Of a stretch of DNA of 64,000 nt, positions 62,627 to 64,000 are shown one piece after another. A model generated the notes under the pieces. It was not told the origin of the DNA and searched no databases. It was given only the letters and a program-made list of their open reading frames with translations. Position 1 is the stretch's first letter. Each line of letters starts with the position of its first letter. The stretch comes from Antedon mediterranea. Its lineage: Eukaryota > Animalia > Echinodermata. A program made the position numbers and the translations under genes. The DNA is taken from assembly GCF_964355755.1 (NCBI RefSeq), contig NC_092673.1, positions 28,951,648-29,015,647 on the forward strand, in the 5' to 3' direction.

Positions 62627-62949
62627 GGATTACTTTGCACTAATGATATTGATTATTGTTTATTTTCTTGTGTCAAATACTAAGTGAAACTAGAGATTAC
62701 TATGTTCATATATGAAGAAGAAAAGAAAGAAATGTATGAAAAACAGTATTAAAAGTTTAGGGTTTATATCATAGTAGATTTCATTTTTCCCACTATTAAA
62801 TAAAAGAAAACAAATCGATTTAAAAATCAAAGACCTATTTTTTTTTTAAAGATTGAGAAATGTAACTTAGTGTAGGTCAGTGACTCTAGTGACTAATAAC
62901 TTGACTTATTACATAATAGTTATTTTGAGTAGTACCTTCTTCAAACTAT

Positions 62950-64000
62950 AGAGGGCGTGTTTAGGATGATAAAAACAACAACCAGAGAAAAATAAAAAGG
63001 CAAGTCTTCAATATTCGTCGACAGAAGAAATCGTCTGGTAAATTTTAATGTTTTTTACAATCATTTGTGATCATAGATATAGTCGTCTGTATAATTAAGT
63101 CTAGCATAAACTATTTTTACGCCGACTTAATTCTAGGCCTTGCCTAATAATAATAGCTTAGGCCAAGCAAACCAAAAAAGAAGTCTAGGCCTAGGCCCTA
63201 GGCTATATGGCCTACTAGCTAGCTAGGGTACTAGGCTATGCTAGGCCTTCCTTCTAGTCTAGGCCCTTTAGGGCCCGATTGTGCCTGACAGTGACATGCT
63301 TCCCGTTGTTTGGTACGTGGTACTGGTAGGCATAATCTGCCTTAAAGAAAGATCAGACGTGATCCAAGTTTCAAAGATTTGATAATTACAATTTTTTTTG
63401 CGTGTTGTTTTTTGTGTTTGCTCTCAAACCGGTCATCATCCAGCAAAGTATATGTAGTACAGAGATGCATATGATTGTAAATTCTCTTTTTTATGAGTCA
63501 TGCATGCATGAGACCAACTTACTATCCATGGCATAGAAGTTTGCCCAAAATAGGAAAGTTCATTTTTATTCACAAGAGGTTTTAAGGACACATTTTTGTG
63601 AATAATTATGTTTTTATATTGAAGGTTTTTGTCAAAACAAGATTATTATGCCATTTTTAAGGAAAAAACAAAGCCATGAGGGAAAGAAGAAAATGGAACA
63701 TAAAATGTACTTGGTAAGATTCATTTGCTTCTGTTCATTTTTAGAGAAATTACATTCTTCCATGTTTTACAATATTTAATTATGATATTAATTGGATCTA
63801 CCTACCTACCTACCTACCTGTATTAATGCTTCTGTGCCCGTCTTGACAAGAACATATTCTTCTTTGATGGGCTATATTTTAACAGGTGATCAGACCAGAA
63901 CTTTTTTAGTGCAGTTATAAATTGGTTTAGAATTTAAAATATTGTAAATTGTAGTTCTGTTTTTTTTTTAGGCACGAGAGAGTCCTGAGCCAACCTTTGA
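62950..64000 (+). other. Possible promoter and 5' exons of a further, unidentified gene
   Basis: GGGCGTG box, donor-like CTG|GTAAAT near 63037, CTAGGCC-rich tract, donor TTG|GTAAGA near 63713 and a strong T-tract acceptor at about 63971. Too little coding sequence to identify. Confidence 0.3.

Overview
AT-rich, intron-rich animal genomic DNA; the major yolk protein (MYP) points to an echinoderm, and the exact taxon is not determinable from sequence alone. Two + strand genes were built by hand from GT/AG junctions and reading frame. (1) The 3' part of an EVI5-family Rab-GAP gene (254-18559; end of the TBC domain plus coiled coil), with three extra frame-preserving candidate cassette exons. (2) A complete 35-exon, about 2010-aa secreted transferrin-family MYP/toposome gene (24433-62121). 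Its signal peptide is separated from the transferrin lobes by 15 symmetrical phase-1 exons: TSP1, WAP, ten WAP-like Cys modules (four from a near-identical ~1.95-kb tandem array) and three kringles. The introns carry many mobile elements: Harbinger-type MITEs, hAT and Kolobok-like elements, a 3.8-kb fold-back Academ element, a truncated RTE-type LINE with its empty site preserved nearby, several SINEs and a Penelope-type minimal hammerhead ribozyme. A 5S+tRNA chimeric SINE lies downstream of EVI5. Most ORFs in the supplied track are spurious or are exon fragments.
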